A stretch of 64,000 nucleotides of DNA, from contig JAUFOQ010000013.1 in NCBI GenBank assembly GCA_040285855.1, positions 868,001-932,000 on the forward strand, written 5' to 3'. Under the pieces are notes generated by a model. That model was given only the letters and a program-made list of their open reading frames with translations, had not been told where the DNA came from and made no database searches. Each line of letters opens with the position of its first letter. The first letter of the stretch is position 1. The DNA is from Eukaryota sp. GEM-RC1. Lineage: Eukaryota. Of this stretch, positions 61,640 to 64,000 are shown in pieces. The position numbers and the translations under genes are program-made.

Positions 61640-62620
61640 CTGTGAAAATTATAAAAACAAAGAAATAATACTAAGATTAAATCCAAACCACTTCATCACC
61701 ACCCGGTAAAAGATTACGTTTATCAACATTAATCTTCGCACCAAACTTGAACAATTTCCCAATTAATCGAGAGAAATAGATATGCATATTCCGATATATG
61801 GAAAACACTATACGGTTTTTCCATTCAGCCATTCTAAACTTACGCTTCTTTTCTTTACACAGTTTGAAAAGAAGCTGCAAAAAGCTGTTAACGGATTAAA
61901 AGAAGAATCTAATATCCCACTAACACAAGATTTGTTACAAACATCTACTGTAGTAAAATCCATGAATGATTGACTCGATTTATGCGACGGAGTATGGAGA
62001 TCCCCTCTTTTTGATCAGTAAATTGATTTTCTGAAAGATGATTCAAAACTGGTTCAACTTTAGAGTGAAAACCATGTGCTTTAAACATGGAATAACAAGA
62101 ATCACGTACACCAACAGTAATTACTGCACGCAGATGAATAAAATATCGACAATTAATTAAATGACGAAAAACACCATTAGCTCCACAAGAGCACGTTGAA
62201 TAGTTTAATAAATTTGCAGGCCAAATAGCCAAACGAAGACGCATATTGATCATCCAAGCCTCATCAGATAGATGTAATCCATACACCTTTGGAATTTGAG
62301 AAATAAATCCAGAAGGTCCACTATTACAAAGCTCCATTAGAAAAGCAGCGAACTCGGGACTATTAGTTTTAGCCAAGCTAATACGATTATTAAAGTCCAT
62401 GAGTTCATACTCCGTTGTCAATTTATTTTGCAGCTTACATACATCAGACGATAGAGATGAAAAATTTTTTTAGAGGAGTCTCCTTAAAATGAGCAGGGAA
62501 CAAAGATTCCCACATGTCAGGAGACAAGGATGATACCAAATCTTTAGCAGATTGAATCCAACGGCAATTACTGGAATTCAACAGATTGATTCCATCCAAG
62601 GGAAACCGTTTCAAAAATAG
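61640..62620 (-). mobile_element. Decayed 5'-truncated RLE non-LTR retrotransposon
   Basis: QIPKVYGLHLSDEAWMINMRLRLAIWP, CSCG..RHLINC, KVEP and WKNRIVFSIYR, homologous to the other fragments. Confidence 0.8.
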
Positions 62621-63299
62621 AGAGCGGTTGATTTCAAGTACACTCTAGTTACACTACTTCAGCGCTTTGAGCTCCAATGGTTTAGTTATTGTACTACAAA
62701 AAGCGAATGATAAAGGTTCATATACATTAATATAAGGAATGTCATCAACTGTCAGGTTGGTACTGTGTTAAGAGTTATTGTTGTGGTTATAGTCACGAAT
62801 GTTTGAAGATGTGTCAGAATCAATGAATGACGACAATGTCCAGTAAAAGGGACACAATGAATACAATTTACACTCTGTTAATATGTTTTATTGAACAATA
62901 AAGAAAAAACGAGCAGAAACCAAAACTCAAATTTGTGAATAAAAGTTTTGCAGATCTATTAACACTCGATATCAGAAACTAAATCGAGCTGACATGTCTC
63001 TAAGTACTAGTACTGTAATATTCTGAAGAAGATCCAAAATAGGCAGTTAATGTGACTCTAATGGTATCAAATGTAGTTTTAATGAATTCTTTGATGACCA
63101 TTAACTTAATGTATTGCATATCGAACAGAACCTCCTGTGTAATTCATCAAAGAAATTTGGCAAAGAAAAGCCATAACAGCAATAAATCAAACAAACTTTT
63201 TTTTTGAAATAAATTTATAATACATTGCAGAATACAAATGAACATGATCATTAATTGGAATTGTTAAGTTAAAACAAAAAATATACACGCAAAATTAAA

Positions 63300-64000
63300 T
63301 TAAATTTTACATTTCTTTCCTTTCAGTTTCGTTATAGACATTCGAACTGGTTCAGTAATTAGAGAATTTAAAACACTATTTGACCGACTAACAGAAGTTT
63401 TGTTGGAAACTTCATTGTAATGAATACCTCCAACACAAAAATCCTTGACCCAAGGCGCCAGATTTTTTAATTTTCCAAAATTCGACAAAATTTTCGACCT
63501 CACTTCATCTGACGTTTCCGTACCGTTCTGTTTCGTCAATTGCATGATTAACTGACAAATCCTGATTGCAAATGACCGAGCCATTTCTAATTTTTGAACT
63601 TCACCAGACAATATTTTAATATTTTCAACTGAATTATTGCAAAAACTTGACACACAATCTCTATAAACTGAAGGTACAGCCAAATCATTCCACAACGACT
63701 TTAATCTAGATGAAAGTGCAGACATTGCCTTCATCACGTCATCATCTGAGAAGTCTTCAAAAGTCAAAACATTTTGGACAGAATCCGGCAGACTTCTACA
63801 TAACTCCGATTTAACACTCCATGAGACAACTTTCTGATACAATCCATCAAATTTGATTGAGCAATCACACTCCCTTATTCTTTCCCTAACTAAATGCAGT
63901 TTTCCTACATCTAGCTCTGGCAATCTAGTCTTTTTAATAACACTTCTACACGTCTTAGACAGCGCCCATTTATTATACGGATCAAGAAGAGAATCATAGG
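63300..64000 (-). CDS. Coiled-coil protein, possibly MAP65/Ase1/PRC1-like (5' end outside the window)
   Basis: Frame is open to the window edge. RLKSLWNDLAVP...SVENIKILSGEVQKLE resembles MAP65 repeats. Confidence 0.5.
   Translation of the reverse strand, partial: YDSLLDPYNKWALSKTCRSVIKKTRLPELDVGKLHLVRERIRECDCSIKFDGLYQKVVSWSVKSELCRSLPDSVQNVLTFEDFSDDDVMKAMSALSSRLKSLWNDLAVPSVYRDCVSSFCNNSVENIKILSGEVQKLEMARSFAIRICQLIMQLTKQNGTETSDEVRSKILSNFGKLKNLAPWVKDFCVGGIHYNEVSNKTSVSRSNSVLNSLITEPVRMSITKLKGKKCKI

Overview
AT-rich, gene-dense eukaryotic DNA from a compact protist genome. Evidence: GT-AG introns of about 30 nt, a G6PD::6PGL fusion like that of metamonads, and SNARE, PA200, Kish and NAK-kinase genes. 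Housekeeping genes alternate with accessory zones. The most striking element is a dispersed family of four RING-kinase-coiled-coil-LRR genes. Their 84-nt LRR units are almost identical at the DNA level except at four codons on the predicted binding strand. Repeat number differs between copies, one copy is a mosaic of the others, and three of the four lie near truncated RLE-type non-LTR retrotransposons. This looks like a diversifying intracellular receptor repertoire (inference). A second cluster holds two apparently catalytically dead PARG-type macrodomain proteins with PBZ-like fingers next to a PARP6/8-like ADP-ribosyltransferase. Also present: the whole oxidative pentose phosphate pathway as a head-to-head gene pair 62 bp apart, two tRNAs, and several hAT and Tc1/mariner-type MITEs with target-site duplications. 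Many genes carry -1 frameshifts in homopolymer runs, most likely long-read consensus errors. All family assignments are by motif recognition; no database search was run.
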